From positions 10,540,001-10,604,000 of the forward strand of contig OZ360249.1 in the NCBI GenBank assembly GCA_977017645.1: a stretch of DNA of 64,000 nucleotides, written 5' to 3'. Position 1 is the first letter of the stretch. Each line of letters starts with the position of its first letter. A model generated the notes under the pieces. It saw only the letters and a list, made by a program, of their open reading frames with translations. It was not told the origin of the DNA and ran no database searches. Source of the DNA: Torpedo marmorata. Its lineage: Eukaryota. The translations under genes were made by a program, and so were the position numbers. Shown here in pieces: positions 1 to 12,610 of the stretch.

Positions 1-32
1 TCAACCGATAAAGATTAAATTTAATTTTTTTT

Positions 33-1148
33 AAATTTAGACATACAGCACGGTAACAGGCCATTTTGGCCAACGAGTCTATGCCGCCCAATTTGCACCA
101 AATTAACCTACACCCCCGGTACGTTTCGAACAGTGGGAGGAAACCGGAGCCCCTGGTAAAATCCACGCAGACACAAGGAGAACATACTGTTATGGACCAT
201 GACTGACCATTTAGACTGCGGACGGTCAGCAGGAAGGATGAAGTCTTTTGGAGAACACACTGGGGCCAGGTACTGAAAGAGTTAACTTGCCCAGGACCTG
301 GTGTACCCAGAGAGAGAGAGACCAGAGAGACAGGCTGTGGAAAAGATACTTTGTTGCACTTTTGAAAAAGCAGGTGCAAACCTCTGCAAAAAGCATTCAG
401 ATTCAGTTGTTTGGAATTGCAAAGGCTGGAGAACACAGCAAAATCCAGGCTCGTGCATCCCAGGGGAAAAGGCTGGGAGAATAGCACATGGCCTCCTGTA
501 TCAGCAAAATCCTGAGTTAAAACAACTTTTGTGAAGAACAGGCGTGTGATCAGCGAGACCAGCTGTGAGATCACGCCTCAATCGGTGGTATACTGATTTG
601 GAGTCGCAATCCTCGTGTATCTACCAAAAGGGAAAGTCATCAGAGAAGAAAAGCAGGCCAAGCATTCGTAAGCTTAAACAGTCATTATTTCTCTCTCCAA
701 CGGTCATTAAGAAGTCCTTCGTGCCAGCACACAGAGCTGAATTTGGACCCTGAACATAGAGAGTTGATTTTTGTGGACTGTATCTTTGGGACTGACTTAT
801 TTTATGACTAACCTGGGGGTTTTGGGGAAGGTTTTTCCATTGTTACATGAGGGTTGGGCACAGACTGTAATGGTCTGGACTTTACACACACACACACACA
901 AACATTTTAGATAAGAATAGTGTTTATAGACGTTTATAGTGGGGTTAATTGTTGTGAAATTATATGTTTAATTGTCTTTAATAAATATAAATTTCAATTT
1001 TACCCCTTTTGCATTGCGTCTTCTGTTGTTGCTGGTTTGAATTTGTAACAATACAAACTCCTTACAGACAGTGCGGGATTCGAACCCCGGTCCTGATCTC
1101 TGGCGCTCTAAAGGCGTTGCGCTAACCGCTCCGCCAACCGTGCCACCC
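33..1148 (-). mobile_element. HE1/V-SINE-like tRNA SINE split by a solo LTR (33-187 and 1055-1148)
   Basis: tRNA-like head (GGTTGGCGGAGCGG...GGTTCGAATCC on - strand), central domain and CR1-like tail; the halves join across the LTR. Confidence 0.85.
188..1050 (+). mobile_element. solo LTR, family 1 (Gypsy/ERV-like)
   Basis: TGTTA...TAACA termini, 4-bp TSD ATAC, AATAAA near the 3' end, second copy at 9343-10206. Confidence 0.85.
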
Positions 1149-2278
1149 TTAAATTGTACAATGGACTCCTTTTACTCAGAAGCTCGATGAATTATTTTAA
1201 CAACTGAAGCACACCCACTTATAGACCTGGACTAGAAACAAGGCCATGCAGATGAGGACCATGTACACGTTAGAAACCTAAAATCTATGGCGTCATGAGG
1301 AACAGCGAGTCTTTGTATAATCGGTTAGTACTTTGAAAGCCGCGAGTTCTGATGCAGGATCCTCACCCAAAACACCAGCTTGTTTTTGTCTTCCAGATGG
1401 CACACGAGTATGCTGAATCAATCACACTTCTCTCCAGAGCACAATGCAACTTTTGTTTGCTGAAGCAAAGCCTGTTTACTGCAGCCTATTAGACACTGCA
1501 AACAAAATCCAATCCACACAAACTGACTGAAGGTTAAAAAAAAATCCCCATGTACAACCTTGTTCCATGGAGCACAAATTGGAATCTAAATGAATTCTAT
1601 TGAAATAAATTAAAGAGATTTGAAGAAAGCAAATCTAATCTGTACATATAATCCCTGCAAAAGCATCAAGTGATTTCAATAGTCATTTAAGGTCATGTAC
1701 ATTAGATTCTAGTAAGTGCATGAACAGTTTTGTTCCAAAATAACTGTAGATAACCCAATCCTGAAGTCAAGGCATTAAGCCTGAGTGCTGTTATTCATTA
1801 GTTCACGAGCTCCCAGCAGAGCTGGCATTTACTGCCAACCTCCAATCATCCATGCACTGAGGAGGGAGTGAAGCAGTCAAGCACATTGGTGAGCTGGAGT
1901 CACCAATAGACCAGACCAAGGATAGCTCTCCACTAGCTGAATATTTGCTCCCATCTTCACCAAGGTTTTAGGTGTTACAGGTACTTCAAAGAACATTTAC
2001 TTTTACAATTTTAAACTTGCATTTTTTTTACCCATTATTCTATTCTTATTTATTTTAATTTTTAAAATTTATTTTCCTCTATTGTTTTGCCAATTGCTTG
2101 AGGCTGTCAGTTGCTTGAATTCCGTATACCAGGGGTTTTACTTTACAAGGGACCCACCAAATGTGGGGTAGAAATTAGAACTTCTTCCACCTGCTTTCTA
2201 AATGAAAAGTAAGACAAGAAAGGACCAACGTTGCAAGATTCCTGCATCATGAGCAGCAATCATTTATAAAGTACATTA

Positions 2279-4147
2279 CACTGAACAACAATATTTTTCT
2301 GAAGGTTTGCTTCCCAAAAAAAAATTGGGGATTATGATAGACAACTTCAAGATGAACACAAAGATAATTTCAGATTTGCTGTATCTCGTAGGAATTTGGA
2401 GAAACATTAAATTAACTTTTATTGAATTTAGCATATTTAATCGCATGACGATGCTGACACATTGTGTTAGTTCAACTGACCTAAAAATGTTTTGCCGTTG
2501 ATTTTCATTTGTACTCAGCATCTGATGCCTCTCGTGTCAGTGTCCAACAATAGTCGACCAGCATTGATGGATTCCAGTTGCCCTGATACCGCTTTTCCAT
2601 GGTCGCAATGTCTTGGTGAAACCTTTCACCATGTTCGTCACTGACTGCACCAAGATCAGCAGGGAAGAAGTCCAAGTGCGAATGCAGAAAATGAATTTTC
2701 AATGACATGTTGCACTTCATGTTTTCTAAGCTTGAAGCACGTTGTTAATCAGCTGGATGTAGTTTGGGGCTCTGTCGTTGCCAAGAAAATTCTCACCAAC
2801 ATTTTCAAATGCCTTCCAAACATGCCCAGGCCTAAGACAACCTTTGCACAGCACCTGCACTGAGTGCATGCCCAGGCATGCTTGGACTGACCAAAATCGC
2901 TTGCTTTGTGGGCAATATACTAATAGACAAAATATGTCAGAAAATCACAAAAATAGGTTACATCTGAAAAAGGGTACGTGGTTCAAACGCTAGGTATTCA
3001 TGGTGAAGTAGTGAACTGGATTCGACAATGGTTGGACGGGAGAAGCCAGAGAGTAGTGGTGAATGATTGCTTATCAGATTGGAGGCCTGTGACTAGTGGT
3101 GTGCCTCAGGGATCGGTACTGGGACCATTGTTGTTTGTCATCTATATCAATGATCTGGATGATAATTTGGTAAATTGGATTAGTAAGTTTGTAGATGACA
3201 CTAAGATTGGAGGTGTTGTGGACAGCGAAGAAGGTTTTCAAAGCTTGCAGATCTGGACCAGCTGGTAAAATGGGCTGAAAAATGGCAGATGGAATTTAAT
3301 GCAGACAAGTGTGAGGTGTTGCATTTTGGAAGGACAAACCAAGAAAGGACATACACGGTAAATGGTAGGGCACTGTGGAGTGAGACAGAACAGAGGGATC
3401 TGGGAATACAGATACATAATTCCCAGAAAGTGGCATCACTGGTGGATAGGGTTGTAAAGAAAGCTTTTGGCATATTGGCCTTCATAAATCAAAGTAATGA
3501 GTACAGGAGTTGGAATGTTACGTTAAAGTTGTATAATTTTGGAGTATAGTGCGCAGTTTTGGTCACCTAACTACAGGAAGGATATCAATAAGATAGAGAG
3601 TGCAGAGAAGATTTACTAGGATGTTGCCTGGACTTCAGGGACTGAGTTACAGGGAAAGGTTAAACAGGTTAGGACTTTATTCCCTGGAGTGTAGAAGAAT
3701 GAGGGGTGATTTGATAGAGGTGTTTAAAATTATGAGGATAGACAGAGTAAATGTAGATAGGCTTTTTCCACTGAGGGTGGGTAAGATTCAAACAAGAGGA
3801 CATGGGTTTAAGGGTGAAAGGGGAAAAGTTTAGGGGAACTACTTCACTCAAGAGTGGTGGGAGTATGGAACGAGCTTCCAGCTGAAGTGGTAGATGCAGG
3901 CTCGATTTTAACATTTAAGGGAAATTTGGACAGGTATATGGATGGCAGAAGTATGGAGGGCTATGGACTGAGTGCAGGTCAGTGGGACTAGGCAAGAAAA
4001 GGTGGTTCGGCACAGACTGGAGGGGCCGAAGTGGCCTGTTTCTGTGCTGTAATTGTTCTATGGTTCTACGATAGGAAAATTTTAAGGTGATTTTCGTGAT
4101 CAGCAACCATAAAATACACCCAAACGTGTTCAGGAAGCAAACCAGTG
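2279..4147 (-). mobile_element. internally deleted Chapaev3-like (CMC) DNA transposon interrupted by CR1
   Basis: CACTG...CAGTG termini flanked by TTA/TAA; transposase C-terminal fragment SLKIHFLHSHLDFFPADLGAVSDEHGERFHQDIATMEKRYQG (2505-2720). Confidence 0.7.
2979..4068 (+). mobile_element. CR1 (HER1-like) LINE, 5'-truncated 3' part
   Basis: RT motifs GVPQGSVLGPLLF, SKFVDDTK, MEFNADKCEVLHFG, LSYRERLNRLGLYSLE; tail ggcctgtttctgtgctgtaattgttctatggttcta. Confidence 0.93.
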
Positions 4148-4415
4148 TAATCTCACCACAATGCCACTGTTCTGCAGATAGACTGGTGGTTATTTAAAAA
4201 TCCCCATTACAATGACCAATATTCATCCATCCTTCCCCTAAAATGCCCAATCATCAACTTCATGCTCATTCTTACTGTTGCCTTTTGCTGGATCTTCTCC
4301 AAACAGACCACACTTTCCGTGTATTTCAAAAGCTGTTCAAGCTCCTGTGGGATACCTGAAGAGGCACGTCAGAACTGCAACATTTCACTCGTGAATATGC
4401 AGGGGTCATCTACTG

Positions 4416-4842
4416 CAGCCATTCTCTTTTTTAGGGTCTCTGCTCAAAGCTTGTGGGCCCCCTTCCCAGTGAAGCAGTCAAGTTTTGGTTTCTTCCGTAC
4501 AATTTTTTAAAAAAAATTATGGGTGGCACGGTTAGCATAGCGGTTAGCGCAACGCTGTTACAGCGCCAGTGATCGGGACGGGAGTTCTCCCTGGGGGCTC
4601 CGGTTTCCTCCCACCATTCGAAATATACCGGGGGTTGTAGGTGTAATTGGGCAGCACGGGCCCATGGGCCTGTTACTGTGCTGCATGTCTACATTTTAAA
4701 AAATTCTCAGATCTGATAAATCTGTACTTCAACATTGACTCTCCTACCGATTACATAAAAACCAAAAAATATTTATTACGCGAGGTGAAAAGAAAACAAG
4801 GCTTTTACTTAAATGTGCTGTGGGCCCCATTGAGAATGACTG
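4416..4842. mobile_element. hAT-type MITE containing a SINE insertion (4521-4695)
   Basis: TIR CAGCCATTCTC / GAGAATGACTG; near-identical 8-bp TSD ATCTACTG/ATGTACTG. Confidence 0.75.
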
Positions 4843-5385
4843 ATGTACTGTATTCGGTGCTCCCGTTGTGGGCTTCTTGAAATCGGAGAGACTGGACGCA
4901 GACTGGGAAATCTTTTCGTTGAGCACCTTCGCTCTGTGCGCAGCAATAGCAAGGATCTCCCAGTGGCCAACCATTTCAATTCTGCGCCCCACTCCCACGC
5001 GCTGACATGTCTGTCCATGGCCTCGTACTGTCAAAATAGGGCCACCCATAAAATGGAGGACCACCACCAAATATTCCATCTGGGCACCCTCCAACCGGAA
5101 GGCATTAATATTGACTTCTCTGGTTTCCATTAGGCCACTCTCCTGTCTCCCTCGGTCTCCTTTCCTCAAGCTCCCAACCCCCTTCTATCTCCATTCAGAG
5201 AGCAATCTCCTCCCCCTATCACTTCTCAGCTTTTTTCTCTTGTGCCCTCCCACCCATATCCACCTGTGACCTCTTGTTTGTGAGCCGATGCTCCTCAACC
5301 TGTCCTTCCCCCCACCATTTTATTCGTGTCTGCCTGCTTTTTGCTCATACCTTGAAGGGCTCAGGCCCTAAACACTCTACAATGT

Positions 5386-5945
5386 ATCAGAATCAGAATT
5401 TATTGTCATGAACAAGTCATGAAATTCGGTGTTTTGCGGCAGCATCACAGTGTAATTAACATTCATATTATAACCATCTTACGACATTACTATAAAAAAT
5501 TATAAATAATAGTGCACGAAAAGTAAGGCAGTATCTGGTTCATTGATTATTCAGGAATCTGATGGCAATAGGGAAGAAGCTGTCCTTGTGCCGTTGAGTG
5601 CTCGTCTTTAGGCTCCTGTACCTTTTTCCCGATGGTAGCAGAGTGAAGAGGGCATGGCCTGGGTGGTGGGGGTCTTTGAGGATAGAGGCTGCTTTTTTAA
5701 GACACCGCCTCATGGAGATGTCCTCGATGGAGTGAAGTTTGGTGCCTGTGATGTCACAGGCTGAGTTAACAACCCTCTGGAGTTTACTCTTGTCCTGAGA
5801 GTTGGCGCCTCCATACCAGGCAGTGATGCAACCAGCCAGAATGCTCTCCACGGTACACCTGTAGAATTTTACGAGAGTCTTCGGTGACATACCGAATCTC
5901 CTCAGGCACCTCACAAAGTATAGCCGCTGGCGAGCCTTTGTGATT
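5386..5945 (-). mobile_element. Rex1/Babar LINE 3' fragment
   Basis: ITKARQRLYFVRCLRRFG...FYRCTVESIL...ILKDPHHPGHALFTLLPSGKRYRS; gacaataaa + (ttctga)n tail. Confidence 0.88.
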
Positions 5946-6400
5946 CTTTGTGACATAAAGAACGCTGCATGACCTGCTGAGTTTCTCCAGCATTTATGTG
6001 TAAACCACAATCACAGCGTCTGTAGACTTCTTGTTTAATAGAACTGCAAGTCTTGCTCACAACAAAGCAAATGCATGAAACACTTGAAAAGCAACAGTAT
6101 TTTGGGGGGGGGGGGGGGAGGGGGGTGGAGTGTGGTAGTCACCTTGGTATGTTGTACAAATCACAGATGCACACATTTGAAGTCCAAATCTCTTGTAGAT
6201 AATAAAAGGCAGTTATTGCCAGATAGATTGTGACAAAAAGCAGGACAATTTTTTCCCAAATTACAATAATATTGATTGCACATTTTCTATGCATTTTATC
6301 AATTGCACACTTGCTAGGTGTAATTATTTTAATGGCATCTTCTGCCACTCTGCAAACAAAAACAGCTGCCTTAATTTGCACAGCTGTGCTGTGATGGAAA

Positions 6401-7171
6401 AATGGCGGCGCTGCCGGAGCCGCAGTAGCGGACCCGCGGGGAGCGGAGATGTAGCGCTCCCGCGGGGTCCAGCCGCCCAGTCGAATGCCTTCGGCTCCGC
6501 ACGGGCTTTGAACAGCACGTTGAGGGAGCCGACGGTGTTTTTGTTTGAGATCCCGTGACCACGGGGTCTGCGCCCAAGATGGCAGCGCCTATTAATCGGC
6601 AGCAGCCACGAGGGGCTGCAGACTCCGGGGAAGCGGAGGACTGGAGCAGGGCACCAGAGGACGGGAAGATCACCCCCCGACTGAGAAGGAGAAGCGGAGG
6701 AGACGACCCACGGAACGGTGACCACGGAGGCTGACCAGTGAGGGGCTCTGAAGCTGAAGGACCAGTGCATGCGGAGGCTGTGGGCTGCTGGAGACTGCTG
6801 TCGGGAGACTTGCGCCGGGCTGCGGACTGCTGGAGACTGGCTGGAGTACCAGGTATCGGAACTGGGATGCGAGTGGGTGCCGAGGGCGCCGAAGGGTTCC
6901 TGATCGTGTCGGAGGTTCGGATCTAGAGCTCGGGTTGCCGATAGTTTGGACTGGACTCTGTGTGGCTGCGGAGGCGCTGGAGGTGAATCTACGGACACTC
7001 GGTGACTCTGGGGGGACTCTCTTTTGCTTCTCTTTCTCTAACTGTAAGGAGTGTTAGAGGCGCTTAGGCAGTTTCTGCCGGTGGCGAATCTGTCTGCCTT
7101 GCAGCAGGCAAAAAGAAATTTCATAGTAATAAAACAGTGTCATATTACTATGAAAATAAATTGAATCTTGA
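6401..7171 (+). mobile_element. GC-rich ~800-bp non-autonomous retroelement, copy 1
   Basis: highly similar to 14583-15393, 38218-39001 and 63883-64000; ends aataaa ttgaatcttga. Confidence 0.8.
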
Positions 7172-7335
7172 CCTTGTATTCGTTTTATGTTTCAAGCATC
7201 ATATTGCAAATCAGTCAAAAACAAAGTGATTATGGAAGTTAAAATGGTGCTTTTCTCCAAATTCCTTTAAGCCTAAAAATATCAGAAATTCAGAAACATG
7301 ATTCCGAAGTACAAATGAACTTCGAATCCGATAAA

Positions 7336-7533
7336 GGGCGGCACAGTTAACGTAGCTGTTAGCGCAACGCTGTTAGAGCGCCAGTGATTGGGACCAGGGT
7401 TCGAATACGACGCTGTCTGTAAGGAGTTTGTATGTTCTTCCCGTGTCTGTGGGTTTTCCTCCGGGTGCTCCGGTTTCTTCCCACCGTTCAAAACCGGGGT
7501 TGTAGGTTAATTGGGCGGCACGGGCTTGTGGGA
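7336..7533 (+). mobile_element. HE1/V-SINE-like SINE
   Basis: GGGCGGCACAGTTAACGTAGC...GGTTCGAAT head, ctgtctgtaaggagtttg core. Confidence 0.85.
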
Positions 7534-7744
7534 TGGCTCAAAATGGAAAGAATTGATTTTCAAACCTTTTTTTTTTTTTAAATTGACCCAGCAGAAAATA
7601 GTATTAATAAAAATCCTTCATTTGTGATCCTCACCAGGTATTGAACAGAGAGCTTGGTTGAATAGGTAGGTAGTCAGGTTTTGAGAGGTAGAGAAACAGT
7701 GTGGCAAATTCAGAGTTTACCCAGCGACAGCACAGTTGACGATG

Positions 7745-8226
7745 TTAGACCAAAAGGTAATGGACACAGCCCAGGACATCACAGGCAAAACCCTCCCCAC
7801 TATCGAGAACATCTACAGGGAACGCTGTCATCGGAGAGCAGCAGCAATCATCAAGGATCCACACCACCCAGGACACGCGCTGTTCTCACTGCTGCCATCA
7901 GGAAAGAGGTATAGGTGCCACAAGACTTGCACCACCAGGTTCGGGAACAGCTGCTACCCCTCCACCACAAGACTCAACAAATTCAATCAGGGACTCATTT
8001 AAGGACTCTTACTTGGGCACTTTATTGATTTTTTATTCTCCCTGGATTGCAGTTTGTTTACATTCCTTATCTGTTTACAGTTCTTTATTTGTTTACATGT
8101 ATACGCTGTGTACAGTTTTATTTGTGCTGTCAACAAGTGGTAATTCTGCCTCGCCCTCAGAAAAAAAGAATCTCAGGGTTGTATGTGATGCCATGTATGT
8201 ACTTTGACAATAAATCTGAAATCTGA
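7745..8226 (+). mobile_element. Rex1/Babar LINE 3' fragment (second subfamily)
   Basis: IIKDPHHPGHALFSLLPSGKRYR; gacaataaa + (atctgaa)n tail. Confidence 0.85.
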
Positions 8227-8519
8227 AGGAAACTTGGTGATGGTTAGAGAACAGAGAACCATAGGGTTGGAAGAAATTACAGAAGCCACGGAGAGATTAG
8301 AAAATAAAATCAAATTGTATAAATATCAGTAAACCTAGGTCACCAAACCACAAGGGTAAATGGTGGGCAGAGTTTGCTGCAGGATATTTGACACAAGTTT
8401 TGGAAGTTGAACATATAATCACGTGAAACTTGCAACAAAACATGACACCAGACTAGATTTAACAGGGAGCTACTTCTACGTATTAATTCGATAAGACTGG
8501 AAATGTACTTAAGAGTGGC

Positions 8520-9342
8520 AGCTACCTGCATTCATCCATCACCGATGACACCACGGTTGTCGGCAGAATCACAAACGGCAATGAGGAAGCATACAGGAGG
8601 GAGATAGATCAGCTCGTTAAGTGGTGTCACACCAACAACCTTGCACACAACGTTTGCAAAACCAAGATGATTGTGGACTTCAGGAGGAAGTCGGGAGAAC
8701 ACGATCCAATCCTCATCGAGGGCTCAGTCGTGGAGAGGGTCAAGAACTTCAAATTCCTGGGTGTCAACATCTCTGAGGATCTGTACTGGAGCCTCAATGT
8801 CGATGCAATCACGAAGAAGGCTCGCCAGCGGCTATATTTCGTGAGGTGTTTGAAGAGATTCGATATGTCACCGAAGACTCTCGAAAACTTCTACAGGTGT
8901 ACCGTGGAGAACATTCTGCTGGTTGCATCACTGTCTGGTGCGGAGATGCCAACGCTCAGGACAAGAAAAAACCCTAGGAGGCTGTTAACTCGGCCTGCGA
9001 CATCACGGGCACCAGACTTCATTCCATCGAGGACATCTACAAGAGGCGATGTCTTAAGAAATCAGCCTCTATCCTCAAGGACCCCCACCACCCAGGCTAT
9101 GCCCTCTTCACTCTGCTTCCATCGGGAAAAAGGGACAGGAGCCTAAAGACGAGCACTCAACGGCACAAGGACAGCTTCTTCCCCGCTGCCATCAGATTCC
9201 TGAATAATCAATGAACCAAAGATACGGCCTTACTTTGACTTTTCGTGCACTATTTTTTATTTATTTTTTGTAAGGTGGTTAATATGAATGTTTGCACTGT
9301 AATGCTGCCGCAAAACAAATTTCGTGACTTGTTCATGAAAAT
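8520..9342 (+). mobile_element. Rex1/Babar LINE 3' fragment (tail continues after the LTR at 10211-10226)
   Basis: DDTTVVG, MIVDFRR, VERVKNFKFLGVNI, KKARQRLYF motifs. Confidence 0.88.
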
Positions 9343-10206
9343 TGTTATGGACCATGACTGACCATTTGGACTGCGGACGGTCAGCAGGAAGGATGAAGTC
9401 TTTTGGAGTACACACTGGGACCAGGTACTGAAAGAGTTAACTTGCCCAGGACTTGGTGTACCCAGAGAGAGAGAGAGAGAGAGAGAGCAGAGAGAGAGAC
9501 AGGCTGTGGAAAAGATACTTTGTTGCACTTTTTGCAAAAGCAGGTGCAGACCTCTGCAAAAAGCAGACAGTTGGGAGTTGCAAAGGCTAGAGAACACAGC
9601 CAAATCCAGGCTTGTGCATCCCAGAGAAAAGGCTGGAAGAATAGCACATGGCCTCCTGTCTCAGAGAAATCCTGAGTTAAAAGCAACTTCTGTGGAGAAC
9701 AGGCGTGAGATCAGCGAGACCAGCTGTGAGATCCAAGCACACACCTAAATCAGTGGTATACTGATCTGAATTCGCAATCCTTATGAAAACACAAGAAGGG
9801 AACGTCATCAGAGAAGAAAAACAAGTATTTGTAAGCATAAACAGTCATTGTCTCTCTCCAATGTTCATTCAGAAGTACTTCTACCAGCACACAGAGCTGA
9901 ATTTGAAACCTGAACTTAGAGAGTGAATTTTGTGGACTGTATTATTCTTTTTTTGACTGACTTGTTTTTATGACTGACCTGGGGTTTTTGGGGAAAGTTT
10001 TTCCATTTTTACTTAAGGGTTGGGCACAGACTGTAATGGTCTGGGCTTTACACACACACCTTTTAGATAAGAATAGAGTTTATAGACGTTTATAGTGGGG
10101 TTAATTGTTGTGAAATTATATGTTTAATTGTCTTTAATAAATATAAATTTCAATTTTACCCCTTTTGCATTGCGTCTTCTGTCGTTGCTGGTTTGATTTT
10201 GTAACA
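9343..10206 (+). mobile_element. solo LTR, family 1, second copy
   Basis: TGTTA...TAACA, 4-bp TSD AAAT, inserted in a Rex/Babar 3' tail. Confidence 0.85.
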
Positions 10207-10709
10207 AAATAAATTCTAATTCTGATCTGCCAAGTCCTTTGAGGCAAGGCATGAATGAGGCTTTCCTCAAAAATATTTTTGTTTTAATTACTGGATGTTG
10301 AAATGAATATGCAAAACTCTTAAATACAATGACATATTTATGGTCACTTATGCAAATTACTCTCAAATTGCTCACCTATTTTGTTGCAGCTCCACTTCAT
10401 TTAATGGATTCACCTGACCTGTGGCAAGTGCAACCAGACCTGCAGTATAGAAGTGGAAAACTCCAGGATGCTGTCACTCTGCTACTTATTTCTGCCTGTC
10501 ACCCAACGCCAGGGAGAAGTTAGACAACAGCAGCAATTGGCTGTCTGGAAGTTGCAGACTTCTGTGTTCACATCTGAAACCTGCAGGCAGTTGGGGCAGG
10601 AATTTTCAGCCAATGCTTCTAACTCTACAGGTGTGAGCAACTAAGATATTGCAACCAGTTGGTGAATTTGTGAATATTGCAGAACAGCTTAACCATTGGA
10701 AATTTAAAC

Positions 10710-10914
10710 CAGCCATTCTCAATCTTGCTTTCGGCTATGGCCCTCTTAGGACTCTGCTCAAAGTTTATGGGCACCCTTCCCTGTGAAGCAGTCAAATTTA
10801 GTTGGTTTCTTCCGTACTACTACCGACTGCCTAAAAACCAAAAATATTTTTATTTTAGTCCGCGCCCCCCCCCCCCCCCATTAAATGTACTGTGGCTCCC
10901 GTTGAGAATGGCTG
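10710..10914. mobile_element. hAT-type MITE
   Basis: TIR CAGCCATTCTCAA / TTGAGAATGGCTG with perfect 8-bp TSD ATTTAAAC. Confidence 0.85.
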
Positions 10915-11486
10915 ATTTAAACTATGAAATTGTGAAGTGACAAAACTGTAAGCCATAATTTTCAGTTCCCTCACTTTGTATACGTTCAGGACTCTCTTCC
11001 CCAAATATAGTTGCACAATAGCTGAAAGGTCATGTGTGCCCCAGTGAACCAGGTGTTATACGATGATTCAGATATTACTGCCAGTTACTCTGATATCAGC
11101 AAGCAATGAGCGCTGGTGAAATGGGCTTGCTGCAAGGAACAAGACAGGAAAACATTAACACACACAGTAAGAATGCTTGGTTGGGCATGGAATGGTGCTT
11201 GAAGGAGCCTTCATTTCATGTTTTAATTTGTAAGGAATTGCTGTATAAACAGACCAAATCACTAGTCTCAGCCACCATGACTAAATTAAACGTTATTTGC
11301 CTCAGTAAAACTGGATGGATAAGAAAAACAATTTTGTCCCCAAACACTATAGAGAACCTCTTGAGGATGATATGTAAAATAAAATTACTGAGACTGGTTT
11401 ATTACTGTATTGCTAAATTCCCTAAAACTACGTCAGGAAAGGTCACATAACAGGTGGCTGGGCAAAACCTATCCAAGAAATCAGCC

Positions 11487-11682
11487 CGGTTAGCGTAACG
11501 GTTGGTGTGATGCTATTACAGCGGCAGCGATCTGGGATGGGATCGAATCCAGCACTGTCTGTAAGGAATTTGTACTTTCTCCCCATGTCTTCGTGGGTTT
11601 TCCCCAGGTGCTCTGGTTTCCTACCACCCTCCAAAACGTATGGGGTTGTAGGTTAATTTGGGTGTAATTGGGTGGCAAGGGT
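11487..11682 (+). mobile_element. HE1/V-SINE-like SINE
   Basis: same head and core. Confidence 0.8.
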
Positions 11683-12489
11683 TTAACCCTTTGGATTCTG
11701 GCCATTTTTAACCTTTCATTATACAGTATATACTCTGGAATGGGTCCATGGGTGAACTACAGTTTGAACACCAGTACAAACAAGCTGGTGGTTGGGTATA
11801 AAGCCAGTCCTGGAAAACGGGGACACGGAGTATATATGCTTGTTGGTAGTACCTGAAAACAGGGACACGGAGTCCAAAGAGTTAAATGGCCGAAATTGGC
11901 TGCTACTGTGCTGTAAATAAATAGATAAACTTCCAAAGAGAATATGCAGGAAATAGAATCTTCAAAATATAACAAATTTATTATTGAATCCTCTGTTGTT
12001 AATTTGAGCCCCTCTTTTGTGGAAGGAGTTAAACCTGCCTGCATTTGCACACAATAGCTGGAGAGGTGATCAGTGATCCTAACCAGATGTCCAGTTGACA
12101 ATCTGTCCTCATCCCTGCAAGTTCATTTCAGTGAGCACAAAAGCAGTGGCTCTCATGTAGGAACAGAGCTAACAACAGTCATGGGACGACACAAATAAAG
12201 CATGTTTTCCCTCCTTCCCCACACAGCTTCAACGTTTGTCTTGAAATTGATTAAAAATCAGAAATGCTTCTGAATTGGATTCCTTGAAAATATAAAAATC
12301 AGGTCATCAACTCAAGCTAACAACAAGGATCACATCTGCTCCCACAGTAACTATATACATTACAAACTGACAAATTTAAAAATGAAATTAAATACAAGAG
12401 CTTTAGGAAAAGTCATAAATTCACATTGTGAAGAAATATAGCTGATTAATCCGAGGGATTCTGCTTGCCATGTTGCAAGCCCAGCAAGA

Positions 12490-12610
12490 ATTCTCAGCTA
12501 AATACAGCGGCTCGCTTAACAAGGGAGGCTTTCAGAGGCAGTGCTGACGTCAGTCGAAGAGAGCTCTGCTGCAGGCAGTTTTGTTACTACGCTGAGAGCC
12601 AATCAAATTC
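12490..12610. promoter_or_regulatory. intronic CRE + CCAAT + MEF2-like cluster (alternative promoter/enhancer)
   Basis: CTAAATA ~12498, palindromic TGACGTCA 12545-12552, CCAAT 12599-12603 in non-repetitive sequence. Confidence 0.45.

Larger units (their letters stand above)
4340..6035 (+). mobile_element. Penelope-like element 3' fragment (GIY-YIG endonuclease) interrupted by a MITE and a Rex element
   Basis: YCIRCSRCGLLEIGETGRRLG...PVANHFN...LGTLQPEGINID; hammerhead-like remnant ~5350; tail resumes at ~5955. Confidence 0.8.

Noticed and set aside
6324-6998. 224-aa ORF and similar ORFs at 14956-15503 and 38205-39050
   Set aside because: They lie in the GC-rich repeat, and the frames are broken differently by indels in each copy, so they are chance ORFs.
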